Source: Anthoceros angustus
Lineage: Eukaryota > Plantae > Anthocerotophyta
NCBI GenBank assembly: GCA_010909165.1
Contig: MU008151.1
Coordinates: 124,001 to 188,000 of the forward strand
Length of the DNA: 64,000 bases
Direction of reading: 5' to 3'
This document shows positions 62,490 through 64,000 of this stretch, piece by piece. The first letter of the stretch is position 1. Every line of letters starts with the position of its first letter. The position numbers were made by a program, and so were the translations under genes. The notes under the pieces are model-generated. The model ran no database searches. It had not been told where the DNA came from and saw only the letters and a list, made by a program, of their open reading frames with translations.

Positions 62490-63720
62490 ATTGTTGAAAT
62501 AGGGTAGAAAAATGAAAAGGAAAAAGAGGCAAAAAGTTAATTAGTCACTGCCCTATTTAGAAGATGCATATGTTACATGCTTTATGCAATCTCCTATTAG
62601 AAAGGAATTGCTACAACCACTAATGTAGAATTACCTAGAGAGGACTCTTAATAATGAGTGGTCTATAAGAATCCCCTGAGTTAGTAGCTGCTTAGTTAAG
62701 GAAGAACTGCCTAGAGAGGACTCTTAAATGATCAGTGGTCTGTAAGAATCCTCTGAGTTAGTAGCTACTTAGTTAAGGCGAGCTTGCGGGATATATAAGG
62801 GCGAGAGCAAGGGCTTTGAAGAATGATGAGTATATCATCATCATTTAGTTCTTAGTTAAGGAAGAACTGCCTAGAGAGGACTCTTAATGATCAGTGGTCT
62901 GTAAGAATCCTCTGAGTTAGTAGCTACTTAGTTAAGGCGAGCTTGCGGGATATATAAGGGCGAGAGCAAGGGCTTTGAAGAATGATGAATATATCATCAT
63001 CATTTAGTTCATGATGCGCCGCAAGCTTTGTGTTGAGAGATTTGTGGAGTCTAGCTAGTGAGCAAGCCCTTGAGTCAAGGGCAATAGCCAGTTGGGCATA
63101 GATAGACAAACTCAAGTATGTATTCTTTGAATAAAGAGCAGTACCTCGAAGAGGTGGCCTGCGAATGTCCGTGGACGGCAGGCTACTTAAAGCCCAAGCT
63201 ACTTAAAGCCTAGTGTTGCCTCTGTGGACGGCAGGCTACTTAAAGCCCAAGCTACTTAAAGCCTAGTGTTGCCTTTGTGGAAAGCCCAGGCTACTTAAAG
63301 CCTAGTGTTGCCTATGTGGAAAGCCCAGGCTACTTAAAGCCTAGTGTTGCCTCTGTGGACGGCCTCTTCGAGCCTGCGAGTGTCCGTGGACGGCAGGCTA
63401 CTTAAAGCCTAGAGGCAAGGCAGGCTACTTAAAGCCTAGTGTTGCCTCTTTGGACAGCCTCTTGGAGCCTAGTGTTGTTGCGTATTGAGGTTGAAAGCAC
63501 CAAGAATTGTGTAAGTCTCTTGTCGAATGAATTGACGAGGTCCTTGTGGAGTGAATTGGTGAAGTCCTAGAATGCTGATGCTTAATGAATTGGCGAGGTC
63601 TTTGTGGAGTGAATTGGCGAAGTCCTAGAATGCTGATGCTTAATGAATTGGCAAGGTCCTTGTGGAGTGAATTGGCGAAGTCCTAGAATGCTGATGCTTC
63701 CTTACTGGCTGCGTAGTGAG
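62490..63720. mobile_element. Second copy of the tandem-unit dispersed repeat family seen at 23830-25330
   Basis: ~160-bp duplication (62692, 62853), ggctacttaaagcctagtgttgcc units (63180-63480) and 58-bp units (63526-63700). Shares ctgcctagagaggactctta with the first copy. Confidence 0.65.
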
Positions 63721-64000
63721 AGGCCGTAGTGAAGGGCTTTACTCTAACCAGGATGGATAGATAATTATGAGAGAGATCTCATCGAGAACACCACACATCT
63801 CACAGGTAGCCACAGAAGGGCACAGCTAGCAGCTAGCACACCGAAACACATTTTTTGGAGCTTATGTGTTTGAGTGTCGGAGGCCAAAGCCGGCTTCATC
63901 GAACTAGTTTCACTTGCACGGATTTCTTGCATACATCTCCGCCCGGCGAGAAATGTAACATAGTAATGTACAAACTCCTTCCACGGAGGTTGGAAAAAAA

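Overview
Land-plant nuclear DNA with short GT-AG introns and GC-rich exons. The PPR editing-factor types (one PGxSWW 'WW-type' DYW, one KPAxA-like DYW ending G-R-L) point to a hornwort, or less likely a fern or lycophyte; this is inference. Recognisable genes in order: HSP70-8/HSP70T-2 (3' end outside the window), a LUX ARRHYTHMO-like GARP factor (split across two frames) behind a ~12 kb gene-free GC-rich interval carrying evening elements, cytosolic FBPase, RPB12, an uncharacterised membrane protein, a head-to-head pair of PLS-PPR editing-factor genes, a Crinkler-like REase+kinase gene, PR-1, a ~12 kb repeat/TE island, an AGO4/6-clade Argonaute and a BT1-like adenine nucleotide carrier. The most unusual items are: (1) a PPR-DYW:KP locus with an OSB-type PDF ssDNA-binding motif at its N-terminus, whose PPR array is decayed but whose deaminase module is still an intact ORF, facing a paralogue with an intact array but a catalytically dead DYW domain; and (2) the Crinkler/CR-effector-like gene next to PR-1. 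All family assignments come from motif recognition by eye; no searches were run. Some frameshifts may be assembly errors.
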